A program made the translations under genes and the position numbers. Under the pieces are notes generated by a model, which saw only the letters and a program-made list of their open reading frames with translations, did not search any database and was not told the DNA's origin. Of a stretch of DNA of 64,000 bases, positions 18,767 through 27,719 are shown one piece after another. The DNA lies in the NCBI GenBank assembly GCA_002433485.1, contig DJIF01000150.1, positions 30,259 through 94,258 on the forward strand, in the 5' to 3' direction. The DNA is from Deltaproteobacteria bacterium UBA6601 (lineage in GTDB: Bacteria > Myxococcota_A > UBA796 > UBA9615). The first letter of the stretch is position 1. The number at the start of each line of letters is the position of its first letter.

Positions 18767-21073
18767 ATGAAAAGGCTGCTTCGGTACATCTCAGAGCAGG
18801 TGATTGCCAGACCACTGGCCGTGGTCCTGTTGGCTGTTGGGATGTCTCTGACCTTGTCGCTGCCGGCGGTCAATGTACCGGTCAACTTGAGCTTTATGTC
18901 GTTGATGAATGACTCGCTGCCGCTTGTGAGTCGTTACTTTGCTCTCAACGAGCGGTTGGGTTTTTCGTCTCGCTTATCAGTCTTGCTCGAGGGGCCCGAT
19001 GAAGCACTATTACCTGCTGCCCGTCACCTCGCCGAGGTGTTTGCTGAGCGCCCGGATCTGGTTGACTCGGTTCAGGTTGAGCCCCCTCGAGATTGGTTAC
19101 AGGCTCAGGCCCCGTACCTGGTAGAAGGAGAGCTGTTTGACGCCTGGCTGCGGGTAGCCGCCGGCGCTGCCACCAGCAGTGACTCTGAGCTTCTAAAACA
19201 AGGCTTTTCAGAGCTTGATACAGAGAGCCCTTTTGCCCGTAGCGGGGTCCGGCTCGTGATGCTGGAGCTCATGCGGGACCCGCTATCTGAGGACATGGCC
19301 TCCATCTCAGCGGGAACCACTTTGTTTCGCCAGGTTGAGGCGATCATTGAGGATGCAGCTGAAGAGTATGGGGTGATTGCTCATCTGGGCGGAGTGCCTG
19401 CGGTGGCAACCCAGGATCAGGAGGGCACCTTCCGGGCAATAACGCGGCTCACCCCGCTTAGCCTGCTGGTTGTGCTCCTGTTGCTGCTGATGGTCGAGCC
19501 CCATCCGGTTCGGTTGTTTCTTATCGCTGTTCCGATGCTGTTGTCGGTGGGCATTGCTTTAGGGGCTGTGAGCCTGGTCTTCGGTCAGGTCACCATTGGT
19601 GAGGCTTTCTTCGGCATGTTTGTGTTCGGCCTTGGGGTGGATTACGCCCTGCACCTGGTGGTGCGGCTGCGCGAGGAGCGCGCTTTGGGGCGGGAGCTCC
19701 GTGTAGCTCTTCAGAACACTCTGGTCGGCGCGGGGCGTGGGATTGCCGCTGGCGCGGTAACAACGGTGGGGGCCTTTTTGGTCATCGCCTGCTTCCCTGA
19801 TCCCATGGCCCGTCATCTGGGGCTCTCGGCCGGAGTTGGTCTGCTTTCATGCATGGCTTTGATGTTGACGCTCTTGCCGGCGGTCTGGCTGCTTCTTGAG
19901 CAGCGCGGTGCGCGCCGGTCAGTAGGGCAGCTGGAAGTTCCCGGGCTGCGGTCCCTGTGTCGTATCTCTGTACATCGACCGCGTTGGGTTGTCGCGGTGG
20001 CGGTTGTGCTCGTAGTACTTAGCTTGATTGGGGCACAGCGCTTTCGAATGGAGTCAGACCTGAGTCTGATCTTTAATCGGGATGTTCCCGCGGTAGCGGT
20101 TGGTGAGCGTATTCAGGAGTTGTTTGACCTGAATGTCTCGCCGTGGGCGGTGACCAGTCCGACTTTGCACGAGGCGCAACGGCTGCACAGGGCCTTCGAA
20201 TCGGATCCTATTTTTGTGCGAGTAGAGGGAGCTGCTGGGCTGCTTCGAGAGGATGCAGCAGAACGTCAGCTGCGCTTGCAGGCAGCGCGCCCTGAGATTG
20301 CCCGAACAGCTCGGCAGCTGGCCGATCTCTCGCTGTTGATGCCCGCCGCAGCGCCCCCGAGACTACGTCAGTCCCTTGAGGTTTTGCTGCAGGCAGCCGA
20401 GCGCGGTCCTCCGGGTCCGGCTGACCTGCCGCCTGAGCTCAAGTCTTTGGCCATGGCCCCGGACGGAGAGTTCATTACTCTCGCCTATACCCATTTCAAG
20501 GGCCTTGATGCCGAAATCTTTCGTCGGCAGCGGCTTCGCGCGGAGCAGGTCGATCCCAAGGTAGTGGGCTTCGGCGGTGTGGCGGAGACCGCCGTGAATG
20601 TTCCCTGGGGGCGGGACGTAATGCTGGCTGTGATGGCTCTGGTCCTATTGGTAGTGGCTCTGGATCAACGCAGCTGGAGGTGGATGCTGCTCGCCCTGTT
20701 GCCCGTGAGCTTCGGCTCTTCAGTGACTTTCGGCTTGATGTGCTGGCTGGATGTGGGCTTCAGCAGCATGTTGCTGTTGGTTGTGCCACTCCTCGTCGGT
20801 CTAGGGGTCGATGACGGAATCCATGTGGTTCATCGGCTTCGTGAGGACCGTGACTTGGCCCCGGACCAGGCAACCTGCTCAGTTGGGCGGGCCATTGTTA
20901 TGACTACCGCAACCACCTGTGCGAGCTTCTCCGTGCTGTTGTTCTCCAATCATCCGGGCATGGAGTCGATGGCCATGTGCTTGATTCTTGGGCTGCCCCT
21001 TTGCCTGTTGGCCTCGGTAACCCTGATCCCAGCTGTCGCGGTTTTGTTGGGTCTGCGCAGCGCGCAGTCCTGA
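18767..21073 (+). CDS. MMPL/RND-family membrane transporter
   Basis: Two-repeat TM architecture with GLGVDYALH and GLGVDDGIH motifs; GRAIVMTTATT. Confidence 0.9.
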   Translation: MKRLLRYISEQVIARPLAVVLLAVGMSLTLSLPAVNVPVNLSFMSLMNDSLPLVSRYFALNERLGFSSRLSVLLEGPDEALLPAARHLAEVFAERPDLVDSVQVEPPRDWLQAQAPYLVEGELFDAWLRVAAGAATSSDSELLKQGFSELDTESPFARSGVRLVMLELMRDPLSEDMASISAGTTLFRQVEAIIEDAAEEYGVIAHLGGVPAVATQDQEGTFRAITRLTPLSLLVVLLLLLMVEPHPVRLFLIAVPMLLSVGIALGAVSLVFGQVTIGEAFFGMFVFGLGVDYALHLVVRLREERALGRELRVALQNTLVGAGRGIAAGAVTTVGAFLVIACFPDPMARHLGLSAGVGLLSCMALMLTLLPAVWLLLEQRGARRSVGQLEVPGLRSLCRISVHRPRWVVAVAVVLVVLSLIGAQRFRMESDLSLIFNRDVPAVAVGERIQELFDLNVSPWAVTSPTLHEAQRLHRAFESDPIFVRVEGAAGLLREDAAERQLRLQAARPEIARTARQLADLSLLMPAAAPPRLRQSLEVLLQAAERGPPGPADLPPELKSLAMAPDGEFITLAYTHFKGLDAEIFRRQRLRAEQVDPKVVGFGGVAETAVNVPWGRDVMLAVMALVLLVVALDQRSWRWMLLALLPVSFGSSVTFGLMCWLDVGFSSMLLLVVPLLVGLGVDDGIHVVHRLREDRDLAPDQATCSVGRAIVMTTATTCASFSVLLFSNHPGMESMAMCLILGLPLCLLASVTLIPAVAVLLGLRSAQS

Positions 21074-21081
21074 GCTGAACT

Positions 21082-22194
21082 TCAGTCTCTCAGCCAGCGG
21101 TCGATCGCACCGTGAAAGTGTGAGGTTGCCGCTTCTTCTGCATGGAGCTGCTGATTCTTTAGCCGTCCTGTAGAGATCCCCTGCTGAAAGCGATGAATGA
21201 TCTGGAAGTCTTCGCGGAGGATGTAGCGGGAGGCTACCCAGGTACCGTAGGCTCGGAGCCGTTCAAGACCACGAGCTCCTCGTCTTTTATAGAAGCCATA
21301 GTGGAGGTCGCATTGCTGGGTGCTGACCGGGAACACCTGCATCACCGTCAGGTGGTACGGGAGCGCATTCATGAGCAGGTTCGGGAAGATCAGGTACTTG
21401 TGAAGCGCCCTGAGCTGTTTATCGCTATAGGGCCCACCTCGACTGCAGCGCGCATCCAACCAGCGACGGAATTCATAGGCGGCAATGTCCAGCCGTTGAC
21501 GGGTGTGATCGCCAAAGCCGGTCAGGTCAGGCCCTGAATCTACGTGAACACCTACTGAGCGGCCATGGACTACCGGGACATGGTAGTAGTCGGTGACGTT
21601 CTCCAGCATGGTCTTCCAGTTCACCGAAAGTCGGAATGTCTTGCGCTCGATGGCTTCCATCTCGTCGAGTCGATATGGAGCCAGCTCGTCCTTGATCGCA
21701 CCCAGGGATTGCTCCAGTGGGGGGGCTTTCGGGTCCAGATTGAGCCAGATAAAGCCGCCCCAGCTTTCGCATCGGACCGGCAGCAGCTTCATCCGTGAGG
21801 TTGCAAGCCGCTCGAATCCTTCGGCCTTTGGCACCGCGTTCAGGCTGCCATCTAGGTCGTAGCGCCAGCCGTGATACGGGCAGGTGATTTCCTTGACGCG
21901 ACCGCAGCCTTCGAGCAGCTTGCTGCCCCGATGGCGACAGGTGTTATGAAAAGCCCGAAGCTCGCCATTCTGGTCGCGGATGATGACGACCGATTCGTCA
22001 AAGTAGCTTAGGCAGCGATATGCACCGCTGCGTTCCAGATCGGAACTGCGGCAGGCAACCAGCCAGGCCCGCCGGAAGATCCGCTCCTTCTCCAACTCAA
22101 GGAACTCAGGGTCAATGTAGCGAGAAGTAGCTACCTTGCGGACGGGCTCTACGCTTCCGAGCTGTAGAATCTTTGACGACTCTTCCGCGCCCAT
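21082..22194 (-). CDS. Rieske non-heme iron oxygenase alpha subunit
   Basis: NTCRHRG...CPYHGW Rieske motif; NWKTMLEN..DYYHVPVVH mononuclear Fe motif; C-terminal ED. Confidence 0.92.
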   Translation of the reverse strand: MGAEESSKILQLGSVEPVRKVATSRYIDPEFLELEKERIFRRAWLVACRSSDLERSGAYRCLSYFDESVVIIRDQNGELRAFHNTCRHRGSKLLEGCGRVKEITCPYHGWRYDLDGSLNAVPKAEGFERLATSRMKLLPVRCESWGGFIWLNLDPKAPPLEQSLGAIKDELAPYRLDEMEAIERKTFRLSVNWKTMLENVTDYYHVPVVHGRSVGVHVDSGPDLTGFGDHTRQRLDIAAYEFRRWLDARCSRGGPYSDKQLRALHKYLIFPNLLMNALPYHLTVMQVFPVSTQQCDLHYGFYKRRGARGLERLRAYGTWVASRYILREDFQIIHRFQQGISTGRLKNQQLHAEEAATSHFHGAIDRWLRD

Positions 22195-22305
22195 GCTGTT
22201 CTCCCAGCCTCGCCATTAGCGGCGACACTGATCAGCATAGCCGCTATCGTGACCGACGCAGGATAGCTTCCTTAAGTTCCCTGCTCGAGAGGGGAGATTT
22301 GGGGC

Positions 22306-22731
22306 ATGGATTCGGTTCTGGAAGCGTTCAGAATTGGTGGGCACTCCATGTACTTTGTGCTCCTTGCAGATCTGCTGGTGGGACCGGCCGCTCTGGGCGC
22401 CCTGGCCCTGGCCGTGGCAGCCCGAGTGCTCGGTAAAGAGGGCAAGCTTGCGCGGCTCTTGAGCCTGCTGATGGCCTTGCTTTCTGCCCTTCCGGCCGCG
22501 GCCGGAGGGCTTGGTTATTGGATTGGGCAGATTCAGCTGCAGCGAGCGGTCCGGGTAGTGGCTCGCGAGGACGTCGCAGAGTTTCTGACCAGTGGCCAAG
22601 AGGCCGCCAGGGTCCCGCTCCATTTTGGTGTCGCAAGCTCCATCGTGGTGTTTGGTGTCGCCGCCGTGACCTTTTTTGTGGCGCCTCGCCGGGCTTCCTG
22701 GGAGTCCAGGCCAGAGTTGAGGATCGATTAG
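22306..22731 (+). CDS. Small 3-TM membrane protein, MotA/TolQ/ExbB-like
   Basis: F..GG..M N-terminus and three hydrophobic helices; RBS-like GGGGAG upstream. Confidence 0.5.
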   Translation: MDSVLEAFRIGGHSMYFVLLADLLVGPAALGALALAVAARVLGKEGKLARLLSLLMALLSALPAAAGGLGYWIGQIQLQRAVRVVAREDVAEFLTSGQEAARVPLHFGVASSIVVFGVAAVTFFVAPRRASWESRPELRID

Positions 22732-22783
22732 TGGGATTTTCCTGGTTGGAGTGTGTTGCTTGCGTGCGCGGAAGCTCAGTCCC

Positions 22784-23524
22784 ATGACTGGTGAGGATTC
22801 CGACGTTTTCCTCACGGTGTTGGTGCCGGTGCATAACGAGGTCGCAAACCTCGCTCCTCTCTACGCTGCTCTGGTTGAGTCCATAAGTCTGTTAGGGCTG
22901 CATTTTGAGCTGTTGTTTGTTGATGATGGCAGCAGCGACGGGAGTGCTGCATTGGTGCGGGAGCTGACCGCGACCGACGAGCGAGTGCTGCTCCTACAGC
23001 ATGACCGCTGCCGGGGTAAGGCGGCTGCCCTTGCCACTGGCCTGCAGCGAGTGAATGGGGAACTGCTCATTATTATCGATGCTGACCTTCAGTATGATCC
23101 CAGGGATCTGGCGGTCTTGGTTGAGGGTCTTCAGAGCGGTCACGATGTGGTCTCTGGAGCGCGTGCAATGCGGCTTGATTCCCGCGGGCGTCGGATCGGT
23201 TCTCGGGTGCACAACGCAGTGGTTAATTTGCTTGCCGGAACTCGCTTTGAGGACCATTTCTCTGGGCTCAAGGGGGTCCGCGTGGCCAGTCTCCGCGAAC
23301 TCGATCTGGAGTGCGGGCGTTTGCGGGTCCTGCTGGCGGTGGCCGCTCTGTCGGGGCTTTCAGTATGTGAGGTGCCGGTCCGTCATCATGAACGGAGCAG
23401 GGGGAGTTCCCGCTACGGTTGGAGAGCGCTGTCCGTGCTGGTGGGTAGTGACCTCAGGGCACTGTTGCCGCTGGTCGGACCGTTGAGATGGTTCGGCTCG
23501 GCTGATGGCGCATCACCTCGCTGA
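22784..23524 (+). CDS. GT2 glycosyltransferase (DPM1/ArnC-like)
   Basis: VLVPVHNE, VDDGSSDGS, GKAAAL, IDADLQYDP, EVPVRHHER..GSSRYG. Confidence 0.9.
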   Translation: MTGEDSDVFLTVLVPVHNEVANLAPLYAALVESISLLGLHFELLFVDDGSSDGSAALVRELTATDERVLLLQHDRCRGKAAALATGLQRVNGELLIIIDADLQYDPRDLAVLVEGLQSGHDVVSGARAMRLDSRGRRIGSRVHNAVVNLLAGTRFEDHFSGLKGVRVASLRELDLECGRLRVLLAVAALSGLSVCEVPVRHHERSRGSSRYGWRALSVLVGSDLRALLPLVGPLRWFGSADGASPR

Positions 23525-25355
23525 GCGCCAATAAGTTCCACAACAACAAGCGATGATCCTGGTGACCGCTGCGGTGCCTCTGCAAGCGCTGGCGCAGAGC
23601 TTTTGAGCGCCATGAGCCGGGCAGGTTGTCAGGGTCCGGGCGGAGGGCCCCCTGGGCGAGCCAGCTTCCCAGTGGCGCGCTAAAGCCAAGCTTGCGGCGG
23701 TGAATGATGTCGGCGGGTAGCAGCGGCGCTACCGCCCGCTTGAGAATGTACTTGGTGGTACTTCCCTTTAACTTGAGGCCGTGGGGTATGCGCCGAATGC
23801 AGTCGATCAGCTCGGGATCGAGGAAGGGGCTGCGGACCTCCAGGCCGTGCAGCATACTGAGCCGGTCGACCTTCACCAGGATGTCGTCCGTAAGAAAGAC
23901 GCGGCCATAAAACTCGAGGCTGCGGTCGACCGGATGATCCGACTCGCAGCCATCCCAGGCCTCGATGGCTTCGGAGTACAGCTCTTCCAGATCGATGGGC
24001 TCGCCGAGCAGTTCCTCCAGATCCGGCGGCGAGACCGGCGCCAGCCAGAGGGGGTTCCACAGTGCTGCTCCATGACCCAGGCCGCGCATGGCCCGATCGA
24101 TCTTGAAGCGGGTGCTCATGTTGCTGTGACTGGGAGGGATCCGGCTCATTAGGGCGCTGATGCCGCGGTGGATGGGTCGAGGCAGCAGTTGTTCGGCCAG
24201 CCCTGCGAAGCGCAAGGCGTGGAACGGCGCATATCCGGCCAGTAACTCGTCGCCAGCGTCCCCGCCGAGGGCGACCTTCACATCGCGCCGAGCTTCTCTG
24301 CAGAGCAGATAGAACGACAGCATAGAGCTATCGCTGAGGGGCTCATCGAGGCGCTTGAATATTTCGTCGACCAGCTCCTCGACCAGCTCCTTGCTGAACA
24401 CTTTAACGCGGTGGGTACTACCCACTGCATGGGCGGCCCGCAGCGCCTCCTCGCTCTCATCGAAGCTTGATTCTGAGAAGCCTATGGAGAAGCTGCGGAG
24501 CGGCCGTGTCCCGGCTGCCGCTGCACAGGCAATGATCGCGCTGGAGTCCAGACCTCCACTGAGGAAGAAGCCTACCGGCGCGTCGCTTACCAGCCGCCGC
24601 CGAACGCTGTTTAGCAGTCGCTCTCTAAGCTGTTGCGCCCAGTGCTCAGCTGCTGTTTCGCTGCAGTCGCCTTGCGGCTCGATGCGATAACGCCAGTAGC
24701 AGTGTTGTTGGCTCTCTAGATCATTCAGGTTGAGTCGCAGCCAGTGGCCCGGGGGGAGCTTGCGCACGCCGTGATAGAGACTGTGTTCGCCGGGAAAGTA
24801 GCCGTGAGCACAGTACTTGCGAAGGCCGAGTTCAGATAGCTTCAGGTCCAGCCCACGGTGCTGGGTAAGGGCACCAGGCTCTGAGGCGAAGGCAAACAGG
24901 CTTCCCTGTCGGGTGACATAGAGTGGCTTTTGGCCAAAGGGGTCTCGGCTCAGCAAAAGCTGACCACGCTTTCGGTCCAGCAGCGCCAGCGCCCACATGC
25001 CGTTTAGGTGTGCGAACAGATCGACGCCCCACTGCCGATAGGCGTGGAGGACAACCTCGCTGTCTGAGGCCTGGCTGCGGAAGCGGTGGCCGCATTGCTG
25101 GAGTTGCTCTCGCAGCTCAGCAGCGTTGTAGATCTCGCCGTTAAAGATGAGCCAGGTCTGCTCGTCTTCGCTAGCCAGCGGTTGGACCCCACCTTCGGTA
25201 TCTCGGATGACCAGCCGTCGGCTGCCGAGGAAGACCGGCAGTTCTGAGTCCAGGTAGTAGCCTTCTTGGTCAGGGCCGCGGTGGCTCAGAGCCCCGGTCA
25301 TGGCGAGCAGATCGCGGCGTTGTCCCTGGCCAACGAAGCCGGTGATGCCACACAT
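23454..25355 (-). CDS. asnB: Asparagine synthase (glutamine-hydrolysing) family amidotransferase
   Basis: MCGITG, HRGPD, FNGEIYN, LSGGLDSS, LGGDAGDELLAGY, KVDRLSMLHGLEVRSPFLD. Confidence 0.93.
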   Translation of the reverse strand: MCGITGFVGQGQRRDLLAMTGALSHRGPDQEGYYLDSELPVFLGSRRLVIRDTEGGVQPLASEDEQTWLIFNGEIYNAAELREQLQQCGHRFRSQASDSEVVLHAYRQWGVDLFAHLNGMWALALLDRKRGQLLLSRDPFGQKPLYVTRQGSLFAFASEPGALTQHRGLDLKLSELGLRKYCAHGYFPGEHSLYHGVRKLPPGHWLRLNLNDLESQQHCYWRYRIEPQGDCSETAAEHWAQQLRERLLNSVRRRLVSDAPVGFFLSGGLDSSAIIACAAAAGTRPLRSFSIGFSESSFDESEEALRAAHAVGSTHRVKVFSKELVEELVDEIFKRLDEPLSDSSMLSFYLLCREARRDVKVALGGDAGDELLAGYAPFHALRFAGLAEQLLPRPIHRGISALMSRIPPSHSNMSTRFKIDRAMRGLGHGAALWNPLWLAPVSPPDLEELLGEPIDLEELYSEAIEAWDGCESDHPVDRSLEFYGRVFLTDDILVKVDRLSMLHGLEVRSPFLDPELIDCIRRIPHGLKLKGSTTKYILKRAVAPLLPADIIHRRKLGFSAPLGSWLAQGALRPDPDNLPGSWRSKALRQRLQRHRSGHQDHRLLLWNLLALSEVMRHQPSRTISTVRPAATVP

Positions 25356-25358
25356 GCT

Positions 25359-26348
25359 TCAGCCCTCCTGTCCCGCCGAAAAGAGACGCTCCAGCAAGCA
25401 GCTTATCGTGACCGAAAGCTCCAGGTTGTCGGTGCGCTCACCTGCCAGAGTGGCAGCGAAAGCGTCGATTGCTCGACCGAGATTGTTGGACTCTTCGCTG
25501 TAGAAGGGGCTTTCGGTGACTTCCTTCAAGTCCTGAGGACTGCTCCCTCGGGGGCGCCGGATGGAGACCGTGGAGCTACTGCTGAGAGGGTCAAAATCCA
25601 GCCTTCCCAGGCTGCCTATCAGCTGCAGCTGGCGCTGCTTATCGGGGTTTTCCAGCGAGGCCTCCAGGACCAGCTCTACCCCATCATCGCTGGCACCGGT
25701 CAAGCGGGTCGCGGTGATCAGATCACCGCGATGATTGCGGTCTTCCCGCCGCCATTGGATGCGTTGCAGGTCAACGAACATCGCCGCAATAGCGAGCATG
25801 TGGACGATGAGCAGGGGCCCTACCCCGTGGCTGCGGAAGCGCCCCAGCTGTTGAAAGCGGAGCTGGACACTCAGCAGCTTGCCGATTCGCTGTTGGTTGA
25901 GCTGCTGTTGTGCGTGCTCAAGTCCTGGCGAGAAGGTCCAGGTGTAGTCGGTCTGTAGTGTGAGGCCTCTGGCTCGCGCTTCCCTGGCGAGCTCTGTTGC
26001 ATGTTTTCCTGACAGGGTCAGAGGCTTTTCGACCAGGATGTGCTTGCAGGACTCGAGCGCCTCTTTACAGAGCCGATAGTGAGTGCTGATGGGACTGGCG
26101 ATGACCAGCGCTTCGAGTTCTGGGTCGCCCAGAAGCTCTTCGCGGCGGGAGGTGACCGGCACATCTCCCAGGCTCGCTCGCTCGCTCTGGCTGAGCAGCT
26201 CGGGGTGTCGCACGTGAACTTTCTTGAGCTGAAAGGCACTGCTGTCTGCGATGGCCCGAGCGAGCTTCTGCCCCCAATAGCCGAAGCCGATAAGGCCGAC
26301 TTTGCGTGACGCTGCTGGCTTAGGGTGCGCTATCTCCGCCGTAGACAC
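25359..26348 (-). CDS. Gfo/Idh/MocA family oxidoreductase
   Basis: GLIGFGYWG, ASPISTHY, KHILVEKPL; start uncertain (26348 or 26405). Confidence 0.88.
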   Translation of the reverse strand: MSTAEIAHPKPAASRKVGLIGFGYWGQKLARAIADSSAFQLKKVHVRHPELLSQSERASLGDVPVTSRREELLGDPELEALVIASPISTHYRLCKEALESCKHILVEKPLTLSGKHATELAREARARGLTLQTDYTWTFSPGLEHAQQQLNQQRIGKLLSVQLRFQQLGRFRSHGVGPLLIVHMLAIAAMFVDLQRIQWRREDRNHRGDLITATRLTGASDDGVELVLEASLENPDKQRQLQLIGSLGRLDFDPLSSSSTVSIRRPRGSSPQDLKEVTESPFYSEESNNLGRAIDAFAATLAGERTDNLELSVTISCLLERLFSAGQEG

Positions 26349-27681
26349 TGTCGTACCAGGTGTTGGTCTCAAGGGCGACGCGGTTGCAGCGGGCGCCGTG
26401 TTCAAAGCAGATGCTGCAGTCGAAGCTGCGGTCCTGATTGCGGAGGATCATGGTCTCCAGCTCCTCCCTCGTTTCAGGAATGGGGCCCAGACGGCCCCAG
26501 GAGAACAGTGGCTGGGCGATGCTGGAGCAGCGATAGACATAGCCGTCCGCAGCCACGGTGATCTGATAGTAACCATGAACGCATTGGTTAAAATTCATGC
26601 GGTCTACGTTCTGGTGCTCGGGGCCAAAGTAGAAGATGTACGGCAGCTCGCTCTGATCTTGGCTGACATAAGGCTCCAGCAGCTGTTGGGCTTCGCTACT
26701 GGTCGGCAACTCCCAACGGTCCCGGTAGCGGCGTACGCGGGAGAATTTATGTCCATAAATGGCGTAGGGGACCGAGAACCGCAGCGAGGCGAGCGGCAGA
26801 CCCCGAGCGATTTTGACGATGTTGCTGATCTCAGCCTCGCTCATGTTCCAGCGGTTCAACAGATAGCAGACCCGAATGGTGAGCGGACTACCGGTACGGG
26901 CTTTGATCGAGCACAGCAGCCTTAAGCCTTCGATGATTTCGTCGAACCAGTATTCCTGGGTGTTCTTGCTCCGCCGATGGCTCTCAGGCAGGCCTGCATC
27001 GAGACTCAGAGTTAGGTAATCTCCGTCCTCCGCGATCTCGCAGAGGCCACTGAGAAATCCCCTGCTTTCCTCAAGTCGTTTCAGCAGCGAGCCGTTGGTC
27101 GTCAGGCCGAAGTTGCTGCCGTATTTCTTGACTCGAGTAAGGCAATCCAGAAGTTGGTGGTCGAGGGTTGGCTCGGTGTACTGCCCACCGAAGATCACGT
27201 ATTCGGTTCGACCTGCGATCAGATCAATGAGGTTCAGCACCTTGTTGGTGTCGAGGTCGAGGCTTTGGTCGCCCATTGAGCCCTGACAGTGACCGCAGTG
27301 GAAATTACAGGGTTGCTTACCGTCCGAAGCAAGGTGGAATTCGAGCTGTCTTGGGTACAGCATCTCGCCGTTGAAGATGCGACTCATGTCGCCTTCCATA
27401 CGCTCATGGAGGATCCCCAGGTAGTCATAGCCCTTGGGGCGGAACACCTCTGTCTGTTTGGCAGGCTCTACTGTTTTGGCTTGCTCTGTCTGCGGTCGCA
27501 GAACGCTGGTCTTGCGCCGTGGCATAGCGACGATCTGTCCGGCCCAGGCACGCTCCTGTGCCTCCTTGAGGCGCGCACCTGAGCTGCCTTCAGGGGCCCT
27601 GGCCGGGTACTCGTTGTCCCGACCTTCTGGAGTCGGGCAGCCGAGCTGCGGGTCAAGGCTCAAATTTGATCGCTTATCCAT
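26320..27681 (-). CDS. Radical SAM protein with C-terminal SPASM/twitch-like Cys cluster
   Basis: CNFHCGHC, FGGQYTEP, TTNGS, SLDAG; QC...ITVAADGYVYRC...CSIC...C. True start may be 27525. Confidence 0.88.
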   Translation of the reverse strand: MDKRSNLSLDPQLGCPTPEGRDNEYPARAPEGSSGARLKEAQERAWAGQIVAMPRRKTSVLRPQTEQAKTVEPAKQTEVFRPKGYDYLGILHERMEGDMSRIFNGEMLYPRQLEFHLASDGKQPCNFHCGHCQGSMGDQSLDLDTNKVLNLIDLIAGRTEYVIFGGQYTEPTLDHQLLDCLTRVKKYGSNFGLTTNGSLLKRLEESRGFLSGLCEIAEDGDYLTLSLDAGLPESHRRSKNTQEYWFDEIIEGLRLLCSIKARTGSPLTIRVCYLLNRWNMSEAEISNIVKIARGLPLASLRFSVPYAIYGHKFSRVRRYRDRWELPTSSEAQQLLEPYVSQDQSELPYIFYFGPEHQNVDRMNFNQCVHGYYQITVAADGYVYRCSSIAQPLFSWGRLGPIPETREELETMILRNQDRSFDCSICFEHGARCNRVALETNTWYDSVYGGDSAP

Positions 27682-27719
27682 TCCTACTTAACAGTATAGC
27701 TCCGACAGGGCTGATATAA

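Noticed and set aside
23454-27681. Lasso peptide or other RiPP cluster (AsnB-like plus SPASM radical SAM)
   Set aside because: AsnB retains the N-terminal Cys glutaminase domain; no precursor, B-protein peptidase or RRE gene was seen.
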